Assembly: GCA_051867895.1 (NCBI GenBank) | Contig: JBJDZH010000005.1 | Location: forward strand, 103,487 to 167,486 | Length of the DNA: 64,000 nucleotides | Origin: Eubacteriales bacterium | GTDB taxonomy: Bacteria > Bacillota > Clostridia > Oscillospirales > CAG-272 | Direction of reading: 5' to 3' | Part shown: positions 30,504 to 39,522 of the stretch, in pieces | Layout: each line of letters opens with the position of its first letter | Position numbering within the stretch: the first letter of the stretch is position 1 | Position numbers and translations under genes: made by a program | Notes under the pieces: generated by a model | The model's input: the letters and a program-made list of their open reading frames with translations, nothing else | Databases searched by the model: none | Told to the model about the DNA's origin: nothing

Positions 30504-30534
30504 CAGCAGCCGCAGCAGTAGGGGGTGTTGATTC

Positions 30535-30948
30535 TGTGGAAAAGCCTGAACGTCCCTGCGCGGCAGGCGTTTCTGTCGATTTTTCCGACGCACGCATCGT
30601 CCGGTTTTGTTTTGGTTTTCTGTGGAAGTGCGTGGGAAAGGCGGCGTTTGCGCGCGGTTCGGGAGCGCGGCGGAAAATTATCCACAGCAATCCAACAGGG
30701 GAGAGGAGAAAAGTTTTCCACAGAGCTGGACAGTTTCACGGAAAATGTCGGGAAAAGCGTGTTTTCCAACGGCTATGGAAGGCATTTTTTCCAAAAGGAA
30801 TTTTTCCCGTGCTGTCGGGATTTTCGGGATCATGAACGGTGAATTTCCACAGGCGGTGCGGAGTTTTCCACAGGAATATCAACAAGCTGTGGAAAACCCG
30901 GGGAGATGGTGTGGGGGAGCTCCGATGCGGGTGAAAAATTTATCCACA
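30535..30948. promoter_or_regulatory. oriC DnaA-box cluster (dnaA-dnaN intergenic)
   Basis: Perfect TTATCCACA at 30678-30686 and 30940-30948. TTTTCCACA at 30714-30722 and 30864-30872. Inverted TGTGGAAAA at 30535-30543 and 30888-30896. Weaker ATTTCCACA at 30843-30851 and TGTGGAAGT at 30621-30629. Confidence 0.85.
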
Positions 30949-30984
30949 TCGTGTCGCGGGGAAAACCCATAGTCAGGTGAGTCA

Positions 30985-31380
30985 CAAACGTCTTGTGTTA
31001 GGGGGGACTCGTGTTGAGGAGGAGTGGTGTATCTCAGACGCCTTGTATTGCGGGGGAGAGGACCATCTCAGGCGCCGAAGTTCCTCTCCCCTGCACCCCT
31101 CTCTCCTTGGCTGGGGGGTGAGGTGACATTTCGCTTTCCTCCATCAAAAAACACAGGGAGCGCGTGCGCGAACGTGTTTTTCGGGAGAGGCGGGCAGAGT
31201 GAATTCTGACAATTCCGGCTGCACGCTGCCGCACGGAATCCGGAGAGATAGCGAACAGGTTTCGCTGTACTTTGACCGTGTCAAAGTCCGAAAGTTTAAG
31301 GGGGCGTGGGGGATTTTTTCAAAAATCCCCCGCGTCGTTCCACCTGCATCCGTGTCTCCTACGGCGTCTCCCGCGTCCCG
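30985..31380 (-). repeat. Mosaic repeat cluster 7: a reverse-oriented full core between the dnaA stop and the oriC boxes
   Basis: Tail units at ~30985-31049. H1 at 31050-31094. Modules E/D/C follow. Hairpin A gggggattttttcaaaaatccccc at 31308-31331. Z' runs up to the dnaA stop (31383). Confidence 0.9.
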
Positions 31381-31382
31381 CT

Positions 31383-32807
31383 TTACCGCTTGATTTCGCG
31401 GCGGATGTCGCTGATTTCCGCGTCCAGCGCAGGGTCGGTCTTGAGCTGTTTTTCCACTGCCGTGATGTTGGAGTGTACCGTCGAGTGATCTCTGCCGAAC
31501 ATCGTTCCGATGGCGGGCAGAGACAAATCCGTCGACTGCCGGATGATGTACATCGCCAGATTGCGCGCGGTCTTGATGTCCTTTGTCCGCTTGGTGCCCA
31601 GAACGTCCTCGCTCGTCACGCCGCAGCGCTTCGCCACGGCGGCGATAATGCGGTCCGCCACTTCGCCGACCGGCTCCGTGTCCTGCTGAAACATCGGCAC
31701 CAGCGTCCGCACCAGATCCATGTCGATCTTCGCTCCGTCCAGAAGATGCGTCGCCGAGATCCGCTTGATGATTCCCTCCAGCTGCCGGATGTTGGAGTGC
31801 AGCTTCTCCGCTATATAGGCGAGCACGTCGTCACCGATGACCAGATTCATGCTCTCCGCCTTGTTTTTCAGAATCGCCAGACGGAGCTCGTAATCCGGCA
31901 GCTGGATGTCCGCGATCAGCCCCTGCTCCAGGCGCGAGCGGATGCGATCCTCCAGCGTCACCATCTCCTTAGGCGGTCGGTCCGACGTCAGAATGATCTG
32001 CTTGTGATCCCGGTACAGCGCGTTGAACGTGTGAAAGAACTCCTCCTGCGTCGATTCCTTGCCCGCAATGAACTGAATGTCGTCGATCAGCAGCATGTCC
32101 ACCTTGCGGTATTTTTCCCGGAACGCCGCGTTCGTCTGCCGTGAGATTGACTCGATCAGCTGATTGGTGAAGTCCTCGCCGCTGATGTAGATCGCGTTCA
32201 TGTCCGGCGAGCGCTCAAACAGCTTGTTTGTGATCGCGTACATCAGGTGCGTCTTACCCAGCCCCGACGGACCGTAGATGAACAGCGGATTGTACTTGGA
32301 CGCAGGCTGATTGGCGACGGCAAGCGCCGCCGCGTGCGCGAATTTGTTCGAGTTGCCCACGATGAAATTCGCAAAGGTGTAGTCGCTGTTGTAGGTGAGG
32401 CGCCTCTCCCCGCCGGAGGAAAAGCTCTTGTCCTGCGTGTCTCCGCCGGATGGCGCCGCATCCGGACCGTGCTGCTTTTTCAGCTCGGCGGCGCGCGTCA
32501 GAGGAGAGACAACGCGTCCGTCCCCCTCAAGCTTCCGCGGGGGCGGCGTTTCCACAATGAATTCGATGGTGGTGCAGCCGTCGATCACAGAAGCGGCGCA
32601 GTCCGCAAGCACGGAGGCGTATTTTTCCAGAATGGTTTTGCGCTTCAGGTCGTTTTCCACTGAGAAAACGACAGTATCCCCTTCTATATAGACGATCTTG
32701 ACGTTGGCGAACCAGAATTCGAGCGCCGTGGAGGAGAGCTCGCCCGTGTTCCGCAGAGCTTCCAGAATGGAGTCCCGGACGCGGTCGTAGTCGGAGGGAG
32801 AAAACAT
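31383..32807 (-). CDS. dnaA: Chromosomal replication initiator protein DnaA
   Basis: 474 aa from MFSPSDYDRVRDSILEALRN. AAA+ Walker A (GPSGLGKTHL), box VII, and the C-terminal DNA-binding helix (HSTV...). Upstream in-frame ATGs at 32888 and 32903 are possible alternatives; the start is uncertain because there is no strong SD. Confidence 0.93.
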   Translation of the reverse strand: MFSPSDYDRVRDSILEALRNTGELSSTALEFWFANVKIVYIEGDTVVFSVENDLKRKTILEKYASVLADCAASVIDGCTTIEFIVETPPPRKLEGDGRVVSPLTRAAELKKQHGPDAAPSGGDTQDKSFSSGGERRLTYNSDYTFANFIVGNSNKFAHAAALAVANQPASKYNPLFIYGPSGLGKTHLMYAITNKLFERSPDMNAIYISGEDFTNQLIESISRQTNAAFREKYRKVDMLLIDDIQFIAGKESTQEEFFHTFNALYRDHKQIILTSDRPPKEMVTLEDRIRSRLEQGLIADIQLPDYELRLAILKNKAESMNLVIGDDVLAYIAEKLHSNIRQLEGIIKRISATHLLDGAKIDMDLVRTLVPMFQQDTEPVGEVADRIIAAVAKRCGVTSEDVLGTKRTKDIKTARNLAMYIIRQSTDLSLPAIGTMFGRDHSTVHSNITAVEKQLKTDPALDAEISDIRREIKR

Positions 32808-32912
32808 ATGTGTGCTTTGCCGCGGCGGACGCGGCTCGTCCTTTCGTTTGGTTTTCGTATGTCTTTCTGCCGCGCGTTCCGCGTGCATGCCGCGAATACG
32901 CATACTGTGTAT

Positions 32913-32941
32913 ATTATAACACGATTTATGAAAAATTTCAA
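32913..32941 (-). promoter_or_regulatory. Sigma-A type promoter for dnaA
   Basis: The reverse strand reads TTGAAA (32941-32936), a 17-nt spacer, then TATAAT (32918-32913). A near-consensus DnaA box TTATCCAAA (reverse strand, 32991-32983) lies just upstream in an AT-rich stretch. Confidence 0.55.
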
Positions 32942-33007
32942 GTCGGAAGCAGGGGAATTATATATAAAGAAGATGGAATCAATTTGGATAAATTGACGGC
33001 TTCTGCT

Positions 33008-33420
33008 TCGCGCAGGGACGCGGACGCAGGAGGACGCTGCTGGGGAGGACGCAATGCAGGGGAATTTCTGCAAGAAGTTCCCCCACACCCCCTCAAGAGC
33101 TTTCACATACTAAATCCCCATCTAAGCAAAGCGGAACCACCCGCTATCTCTCCGGATTCCGTGCAGCGCGCCGGAGTACAGCGGAATCCGTCAGAATTCA
33201 CCCTGCCCTCCCCTTCCGAAAAACACGTTCGCGCCCGCGCTCCTTGTGTTTTTTGATGGAGGAACGCCAAACGTCATGCCTTTTCTCCCCTTCCCAGCCA
33301 AGGAGAGAGGGCTGCGGGGGAGAGGAACTTCGGCGTCTGAGATGGTCCTCTCCCCCGCAATACGAGGCGTATGATATGTTTTTTTCTCCATTGTCCGGCA
33401 AATGAAATTCACCTCATTTC
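33008..33420 (+). repeat. Mosaic repeat cluster 8: a forward full core between the divergent dnaA and rpmH promoters
   Basis: Z at 33008-33055. Hairpin A ggggaatttctgcaagaagttccccc at ~33058-33083. H1 at 33314-33358. Degenerate tail to ~33420. Confidence 0.9.
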
Positions 33421-33533
33421 TTCGAAAAATGGTATATTTTCTCCCCATGCGATACACGGAAAGCACAAACCGGGCAGCATGCCGCCAAAAGCTTTTTTTT
33501 AACGCTTCCGGAAAGAAAAATTCCCGAAATCCC

Positions 33534-33563
33534 TTGACAATTCCCGGCTGCGCCTATTATAAT
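33534..33563 (+). promoter_or_regulatory. Sigma-A type promoter for rpmH
   Basis: TTGACA (33534-33539), 18-nt spacer, TATAAT (33558-33563). Confidence 0.6.
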
Positions 33564-33610
33564 AATATGTGCTATGCGAACAAACCTCAAAATGTAAGGA
33601 GGGTGAAAAA

Positions 33611-33745
33611 ATGCTGAGAACCTACCAGCCGAAGAAGCGCCAGAGAAGCAAGGTACACGGCTTCCGTAAAAGAATGAAAACCGCCGACGGCAGAAAAGTC
33701 CTGAAGAGACGCCGCGCCAAGGGCAGAGTGCGTCTGACGCACTGA
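33611..33745 (+). CDS. rpmH: 50S ribosomal protein L34
   Basis: Too short for the ORF track. Translates to [44 protein letters not shown] (44 aa). AAGGAGG SD at ~33597-33603. Confidence 0.95.
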   Translation: MLRTYQPKKRQRSKVHGFRKRMKTADGRKVLKRRRAKGRVRLTH

Positions 33746-33783
33746 TATGGCAGAGCGCGCCCGTGCCGCGAAATTGAATTCGT

Positions 33784-33836
33784 AACCCCCGATGGAACAG
33801 GCGCAACTGAGCGTCCGCGCATCGGGGGTTTCTTCG
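33784..33836 (+). terminator. Hairpin between rpmH and rnpA (possible attenuator or weak terminator)
   Basis: AACCCCCGAT (33785-33793) pairs with ATCGGGGGTT (33821-33830) around a 27-nt loop, followed by tcttcg. The U-tract is poor. Confidence 0.3.
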
Positions 33837-33868
33837 TACACTACCGTACAGTCAGGATTCAGAAACGT

Positions 33869-34270
33869 ATGAAATTTACCGCGATCCGCGAAAATCACCT
33901 GTTTGTCAAGGCGTACCGCGGCGGGCGGGCGGTGAAGACGAAAAGCTGCGCCGTCTATGTCCTGCGCGACCGTCAGGCGCGCCGCTTTATGCGGGCGCGG
34001 CCGGACAAACAGTATGTCAACCGCATCGGCATCTCCGCCTCAAAGAAGATCGGAGGCGCCGTCGAGCGGAACCGCGCGAAACGGGTTCTCCGGGAGGCGC
34101 TCCGTCTGATTATGGCGGAGGCGCCGCTGAAAACCGGATACCTTGTCGTCATAGCCGCGCGGGAGCCGTCGACGGTATGTAAAATGCAGGACGCAAAGCG
34201 TGACTTGCAGTATGCCCTTGCCCGGCTGGACATGTTTCCAAGCGCGCCGGGGGCGGATAAAACGGTATGA
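33869..34270 (+). CDS. rnpA: Ribonuclease P protein component
   Basis: 133 aa. Basic, with the RNR motif region ([18 protein letters not shown]). Follows rpmH. Confidence 0.9.
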   Translation: MKFTAIRENHLFVKAYRGGRAVKTKSCAVYVLRDRQARRFMRARPDKQYVNRIGISASKKIGGAVERNRAKRVLREALRLIMAEAPLKTGYLVVIAAREPSTVCKMQDAKRDLQYALARLDMFPSAPGADKTV

Positions 34271-34530
34271 AACAGCTGCTTTCCCGCCTGCACGGCGCGC
34301 TGCTTTCCCTCGCGCTTCTCCCGATCCGGTTTTACCGGCGCTTTATCTCCCCCCTGAAGCCTCCATGCTGCCGTTTTACGCCGACGTGCTCCCAGTACGC
34401 TGTGGACGCCGTGCGCGAATGGGGGATCCTCATCGGGTTTGCTCTCTCCCTGTGGCGCGTGCTGCGCTGCAATCCGTTTTCCCGCGGAGGCTATGACCCT
34501 GTGCCGAAGCGCCCGCGCAGAAACCGCTGA
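34267..34530 (+). CDS. yidD: Membrane protein insertion efficiency factor YidD
   Basis: 87 aa. The conserved [23 protein letters not shown] motif. 4-nt overlap with rnpA. Confidence 0.92.
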   Translation: MKQLLSRLHGALLSLALLPIRFYRRFISPLKPPCCRFTPTCSQYAVDAVREWGILIGFALSLWRVLRCNPFSRGGYDPVPKRPRRNR

Positions 34531-34569
34531 TTTCCAAAGAACGCTTTCCGAAAAAGGAACCGCTGAAAG

Positions 34570-35775
34570 ATGAATTTGTTTGATATTATCAATGTCCCGC
34601 TCGGCTGGATCATGAAGGTCTGCTATGAGCTCGTCGATAACTATTTTGTCGCGCTCCTTCTGTTTGCAGTCGTCATGCAGCTGATCCTTCTTCCCTTGTC
34701 CATCAAGCAGCAGAAAAACAGCGTCCGTCAGGCGCAGCTTGCGCCCAAGACCGCCGCGCTGCGCAAAAAATACGCCGGACGGAACGACGCCGCCACCCAG
34801 CAGAAAATGCAGGAGGAGACGCTGGAGCTGTACAAGCGGGAAAACTTCAACCCCGCTTCCGGCTGTCTGCCGCTCCTCATTCAGATGCCGATCCTCTTTG
34901 CCCTGGTCAATGTCGTGTACAATCCGCTCCGCTACATCACCGGTCTCACTGCCGCGCAGGTGAGCGAGCTTCAGACCTATATGACAGACAAGCTCGGCTA
35001 TGAGCTGTCGCAGAGAAACGTCGGCATCGATATCCTGACGCGCATCCAGGCGGACGGAGCCGCCGCATATACCGGTGTGATTCCCGATCTGACGGAGCGT
35101 GTGCTTCCCAATATGCACGTCGGCTCGCTCGACTTCTCCGCCGTGCCGCAGATCGCCTGGGACTGGATGCTCCTTGTGCCCATCCTGACCTTTGTGTTCG
35201 CGCTGCTTTCCCAGATCATCATCCGGAAATTCACCTACCAGTCCCCCGAATCCATCGAGGCGCAGAAGAGCCCCTCCATGAAGATTATGAACATCTCCAT
35301 GCCGCTGCTCTCCGTGTGGATCGCGTTCAGCGTTCCCGCCGCCATCGGTGTGTACTGGATCTTCCGCAATATCATCATGACGGTGCAGCAGATTCTGCTC
35401 TCCCGCCTGATTCCCGTACCTCAGTTCACTGAGGAAGACTACAAGCGCGCCGAGAAGGAAATGAAGGTCGGACGCCCTGTGCGCGAAAAGAGCAAGACGC
35501 CGCCGCGCTCCCTGCATCACATTGATGATGAGGAATATCAGGCGCGCATTGCTGCCGCCGCGGAAGCGGAAAAGGAAGCGGAAAAGGAAGAAAGCGCGGA
35601 CGAAAAGCCGCAGACGGAAGCGGACGGGGAAGAAAAAGAGAAAACTGCTTCCGCTCCCGCTGAGGAAGTTCCTCCGCTCAAGGAGGACAACAAGGCTGTT
35701 TTTGAGAAGAAGAAGATCACGCCTTCCTCCGGACCGAAGTATGACAAGACCGGTAAGAATTACAAAAAGAAGTGA
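34570..35775 (+). CDS. yidC: YidC/Oxa1-family membrane insertase with a long charged C-terminal tail
   Basis: 401 aa. Multi-TM core (PLLIQMPILFAL...) and a Lys/Glu-rich C-terminus. Confidence 0.9.
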   Translation: MNLFDIINVPLGWIMKVCYELVDNYFVALLLFAVVMQLILLPLSIKQQKNSVRQAQLAPKTAALRKKYAGRNDAATQQKMQEETLELYKRENFNPASGCLPLLIQMPILFALVNVVYNPLRYITGLTAAQVSELQTYMTDKLGYELSQRNVGIDILTRIQADGAAAYTGVIPDLTERVLPNMHVGSLDFSAVPQIAWDWMLLVPILTFVFALLSQIIIRKFTYQSPESIEAQKSPSMKIMNISMPLLSVWIAFSVPAAIGVYWIFRNIIMTVQQILLSRLIPVPQFTEEDYKRAEKEMKVGRPVREKSKTPPRSLHHIDDEEYQARIAAAAEAEKEAEKEESADEKPQTEADGEEKEKTASAPAEEVPPLKEDNKAVFEKKKITPSSGPKYDKTGKNYKKK

Positions 35776-35785
35776 AGGACGAGCT

Positions 35786-37501
35786 ATGAAAAACGAAGTG
35801 ATCCTGACGGCCAAAACGGTCGAAGAAGCCATGAGACTGGCGCGCGCCCAGTACGGAAGCGCCGACAATGAGCTTTCCTTTGAGATTCTGGAGATGCCGA
35901 AGAAGGGATTTCTTGGCATCGGCGCCGCCCCGGCGAAGATCAAGGTGACGATCACCCGGGTGCTGGAGGATGTGGATCTGTCCGATCTCGTCTCCGAGAT
36001 CCGCAATATGAAGCTGACGACGGACCGCGACGGCGGAGAAGAAGAGCGCAAGCCGAAGCCGCAGCCAAAGCCTGCGCAGCCCGCTGCACAGCCGAAGGAG
36101 AAGCCGCAGCAAAAGTCTGCGCAGCCCGCCGCGCAGCAGCCGAAAGCACAGCAGCAAAAGCCTGCGCAGTCTGCTGCACAGCCGAAGGTACAGCAGCAAA
36201 AGTCTGCGCAGTCCGCCGCACAGCCGAAGGCACAGCCGCAGCAGAAGCCTGCACAGCCCACTGCACAGCAGCCGAAGGTACAGCAGCAAAAACCTGCGCA
36301 GCCCGCCGCACAGCCGAAGGCGCAGCCGCAGCAGAAGCCTGCACAGCCTGTCGTGCAGGCGGCGGGAACCGACCTGAATGAAAACGAGCTTCCGGCAGCA
36401 CTGCGCCGTCCGGCGCCCCGCCCCGCGGAGCAGAAAAAGAAGAAGCCGAAGAGCGCGCCGCGCACCCCGGACGGACGCGGCGGCGAAGAAAAGAAGCGGG
36501 ATCTTTTGTCCGCGGTCATGGAGATCCGGGAGACAGCGCCGCAGCCCAGAGCAGAGGCGGAGCCGCAGGAGACGGCACAGCCATCCGCGCCTCAGCCCGA
36601 GGTGACCGGGGAGCGGCTCGCCGAAACGGAGCCTGTTCCGGCGCCGTCCGTTCCGGCTCCGGCGGCGGAGGCCGAGCCGGAAGCGAAGCCGGAGTTTGTG
36701 ACGGTGGAGGAGATGGAGTACGCTCTCGCTTTCACGCAGAAGCTGCTGGACAATATGCATCTGGACGCGCACGCGGTTCCGGGCGGCGCGCCGGAAGGGC
36801 AGGAGGTTCCCGAGGGAATGACGGCGGCGCGCATCTGCGTAGTCGGCGAGGACACGGGTATTCTGATCGGGCATCACGGGGAGACGCTGGACGCCATCCA
36901 GTACCTGATGAATCTCTCTGCCAGCCGCAGAAGCGGCGCGGGCAAGCGCGAATTTGTGAAGATTCTGCTCGATATCGGCAATTACCGCGAGAAGCGGGAG
37001 GAGACGCTGCGCGCTCTTGCCCGGCGTATGTCGGCGCGGGCGATCCGTTACAAGCGGAATGTTGTACTTGAGCCGATGAATCCGTACGAGAGACGCATCA
37101 TCCATTCGGAGATTCACGGCATTGAAAATGTTTCGACTCATTCCGTCGGCAGCGACGAGAACCGCAAGATTGTGATTACCTACGAGGGAGAGGACCGCGT
37201 TCCGCGCGCACCGCGCGCGCAGAAGCCGGGCGACAGGCGCCGCCCGCCGCGCACTTCCGCCTCCTCTGCGGTCGAAAAGGAGAACGCCGCGGACAAGGTG
37301 GACAAGATGGAGCGGAAAGAGCGCCGTCCCAAGCCTGCCCGCGCCAAATCCATTGATGAGATACGCATTGATCTGAGCGAGGCGTCCAGCGAGACGTTTG
37401 GTTCTGTTCTGGTGGACGAGGGAGTGGAGACTGGAGACGATCCTATCGAAAAGATCGCCGCTGCGGAGGAAGCCGCGGAGGAAAACCTCCGCGAATTCTG
37501 A
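35786..37501 (+). CDS. khpB: KhpB/Jag RNA-binding protein (Jag_N-KH-R3H), greatly expanded by low-complexity inserts
   Basis: 571 aa from MKNEVILTAKTVEEAMRLA (Jag_N). KH region (ICVVGEDTGILIGHHGETLDAIQYL). R3H (EPMNPYERRIIHSEI). A ~100-aa A/Q/P/K repeat linker and an ~90-aa charged C-terminal extension. The track start at 35522 overlaps yidC. Confidence 0.88.
   Translation: MKNEVILTAKTVEEAMRLARAQYGSADNELSFEILEMPKKGFLGIGAAPAKIKVTITRVLEDVDLSDLVSEIRNMKLTTDRDGGEEERKPKPQPKPAQPAAQPKEKPQQKSAQPAAQQPKAQQQKPAQSAAQPKVQQQKSAQSAAQPKAQPQQKPAQPTAQQPKVQQQKPAQPAAQPKAQPQQKPAQPVVQAAGTDLNENELPAALRRPAPRPAEQKKKKPKSAPRTPDGRGGEEKKRDLLSAVMEIRETAPQPRAEAEPQETAQPSAPQPEVTGERLAETEPVPAPSVPAPAAEAEPEAKPEFVTVEEMEYALAFTQKLLDNMHLDAHAVPGGAPEGQEVPEGMTAARICVVGEDTGILIGHHGETLDAIQYLMNLSASRRSGAGKREFVKILLDIGNYREKREETLRALARRMSARAIRYKRNVVLEPMNPYERRIIHSEIHGIENVSTHSVGSDENRKIVITYEGEDRVPRAPRAQKPGDRRRPPRTSASSAVEKENAADKVDKMERKERRPKPARAKSIDEIRIDLSEASSETFGSVLVDEGVETGDDPIEKIAAAEEAAEENLREF
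36062..36360 (+). repeat. Intragenic tandem repeat, ~45-bp period x ~6.5, inside khpB
   Basis: The unit cctgcgcagcccgccgcacagccgaagg(t/c)acagc(a/c)gcaaaag recurs starting near 36071, 36116, 36161, 36203, 36248, 36293 and 36338. It encodes (K)PAQPAAQPKxQQQ repeats. Confidence 0.9.
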
Positions 37502-38040
37502 GGCGCGTTTGGACTCCCACCCCGGGAGCCAAGGAGAGAGGGCTGCGGGGGAGAGGAACTTCGGCGTTTGAGATGGTCCTCTCCCCCGCAACACAAGGCG
37601 GATGAGATGAGACGCGAACGCGGTGGGGAACGATGTGGGGGAACTTCTGCAAGAAGTTCCCCCACACCCCCTCAAGAGCTTTCAACCTGAATGCCCATCA
37701 AAGCACACCGGAATCCGCCCGCCACCCCTCCGGATGCGGTGCAGCGCGTCAGAGTGCAGCCGGAACTGTCAGACCTCACTCTGCCCACCCAACCCGAAAA
37801 ACACGTTCGCGCTCGCGCTCCTTGTGTTTTTTGATGAAGGGAAGCACGAAAAACCGCCATCTTACCCCGAAAGCCAAGGAGAGAGGGGTACGGGGGAGAG
37901 GAACTTCGGCGTTTGAGATGGTCCTCTCCCCCGCAACACAAGGCGTTTGAGGTGATCCTCTGCCCCGCATGCGAGGCGGAGGAGATTCTTCTCTCCCCCG
38001 TGTTACGGAAACGCTGCGGGGAAAACGGTTCCCCGCTATA
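37502..38040 (+). repeat. Mosaic repeat cluster 9: a truncated copy (E-F-G) then a full forward core with 2 extra tail units and a terminal hairpin
   Basis: H1 at 37545-37589 and 37890-37934. Hairpin A at 37635-37666. Tail units at 37935-37968 and 37969-38002. Hairpin gcggggaaaacggttccccgc at ~38015-38036. Confidence 0.92.
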
Positions 38041-38108
38041 CGCACGGTTTTTTGAAATATCCCCCTTATTTCCTGATTTATTTTGAGATTCTTGAGAGGA
38101 TGACTCAT

Positions 38109-39254
38109 ATGGATTTCAGAAGACTGGACGAATACCTGGATTCGCTGCTTGCGTACGGTTTTCCCATGTACGACTGCACAGTACACGTGCAGTACAGGGA
38201 GGTATACCGTCGAAAGGGCGGCTATATCGACCGGGAGGCAGAAAAGCGGCACGCGCCGTATACGCGGTATTTTCTGTATTCCGCCTCCAAGCCTGTCACC
38301 TGCGCCGCGGCGCTGACGCTGCTGGAGCGCGGAAAGTTCCAGCTGAACGATCCTTTGTCCGACTATCTTCCCGAATTCGGAAAGATGCGCGTGGCACAGC
38401 GGCTTCCTGACGGGCGCGTGGAGCTGCGCGATGCGAGAACGCCGATCCTCATCCGCGATCTGTTTATGATGACCGCAGGCTTTACCTATGATCTTGCCTC
38501 GCCGTCCATCCGCGCCGCCATAGAGGCGAGCGGCGGACGCGCCCCTACCCGCGAGATTGCCCGCGCGATCGCGCAGGAGCCGCTTTCCTTTGATCCCGGC
38601 GAGCGCTGGCAGTACAGTCTCTGCCACGACGTTCTTGCCGCGCTGACGGAGGTCGTCGCGGGAGAGCGCTTCGCGGATTATGTCCGACGCGTCATCTTTG
38701 AGCCGCTCGGCATGACTCATTCCGCCTATCACCTGCCGGAGGGGGAGGAGCCGTCGGATATGGCGGCGCAGTACCGTTTGAATTTCGCCGCGCACCATGC
38801 CGACCGTGTTCCGCTGACAAACGCGTTTATTTTCGGTCCGGACTATGACAGCGGCGGCGCCGGCATGATCTCCTGTCCGGAGGACTATATCCGCTTCGCG
38901 GACGCCTTGACGATGGGAGGCGTCGGCGAAAGCGGCGCGCGCATTCTCTCGGAGCCGACCGTGTCTCTGATGCGCACCAATTTCCTGACTCCGTCGCAGG
39001 CGAAGGGCTTCACGTGGGCGCAGTATAAGGGCTACGGCTACGGTCTCGGCGTCCGTACCCTGATCGACCGCGCCGCCGCCGGCTCTCTCAGCCCTGCCGG
39101 AGAGTTTGGCTGGGGCGGAGCCGCCGGAGCGCTCGTGTTCTTCTCACCGGAGACAGGCGTGTCGGTCTACTACGCGCAGCATACGCTGAGCCCGCGCGAG
39201 GAGAAGGTTCTCCCCGAGCTGCGCAACGTCATTTTCTCCTGCATCAGCGGCTGA
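38109..39254 (+). CDS. Serine hydrolase (class C beta-lactamase / PBP-like family)
   Basis: ~381 aa. SxxK motif in YSASKPVTCAAAL. The start is ambiguous: ATG 38100 or 38109, with 38109 preferred from the GAGAGG SD spacing. The track start at 38052 is TTG. Confidence 0.8.
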   Translation: MDFRRLDEYLDSLLAYGFPMYDCTVHVQYREVYRRKGGYIDREAEKRHAPYTRYFLYSASKPVTCAAALTLLERGKFQLNDPLSDYLPEFGKMRVAQRLPDGRVELRDARTPILIRDLFMMTAGFTYDLASPSIRAAIEASGGRAPTREIARAIAQEPLSFDPGERWQYSLCHDVLAALTEVVAGERFADYVRRVIFEPLGMTHSAYHLPEGEEPSDMAAQYRLNFAAHHADRVPLTNAFIFGPDYDSGGAGMISCPEDYIRFADALTMGGVGESGARILSEPTVSLMRTNFLTPSQAKGFTWAQYKGYGYGLGVRTLIDRAAAGSLSPAGEFGWGGAAGALVFFSPETGVSVYYAQHTLSPREEKVLPELRNVIFSCISG

Positions 39255-39394
39255 GCGTGCCAGCCGCTCTCGTGCCGCTGTGACTTTGAAAAACGGGATT
39301 CCGCTTCTGCCGGGACGGGTTCTGTTTTGGCCGCTGCACGGGCGCGGATGTCAGCCGGAAAACGAAAATACCACCGAAAAATCGTGAAAAACTC

Positions 39395-39423
39395 TTGCAT
39401 TCCCGGCAAACGTGTGCTATAAT
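39395..39423 (+). promoter_or_regulatory. Sigma-A type promoter for secG
   Basis: TTGCAT (39395-39400), 17-nt spacer, TATAAT (39418-39423). Confidence 0.55.
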
Positions 39424-39522
39424 AACAGAGCATCATGATTTTTCCGTATGCATGCGCGCTTTTTTGTGCGCTCAGCACCGTATATATCGCATATGCCGGT
39501 CGTGCCGGTAATGGAGGTTACA

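Noticed and set aside
33973-37675. 848-aa and 652-aa - strand ORFs (33973..36519, 35717..37675)
   Set aside because: They are antisense to rnpA-yidD-yidC-khpB. The translations are low-complexity Cys/Ala/Gly/Arg/Leu strings mirroring the A/Q/P/K repeat, while the + strand encodes well-recognised proteins.
37890-38002. A CRISPR-like look in the reiterated 33-35 bp units next to H1 (also 7146-7263, 43938-44050)
   Set aside because: The units are directly adjacent with no unique spacers. There are at most 3 per site, they are part of a larger dispersed element, and no cas genes are present.
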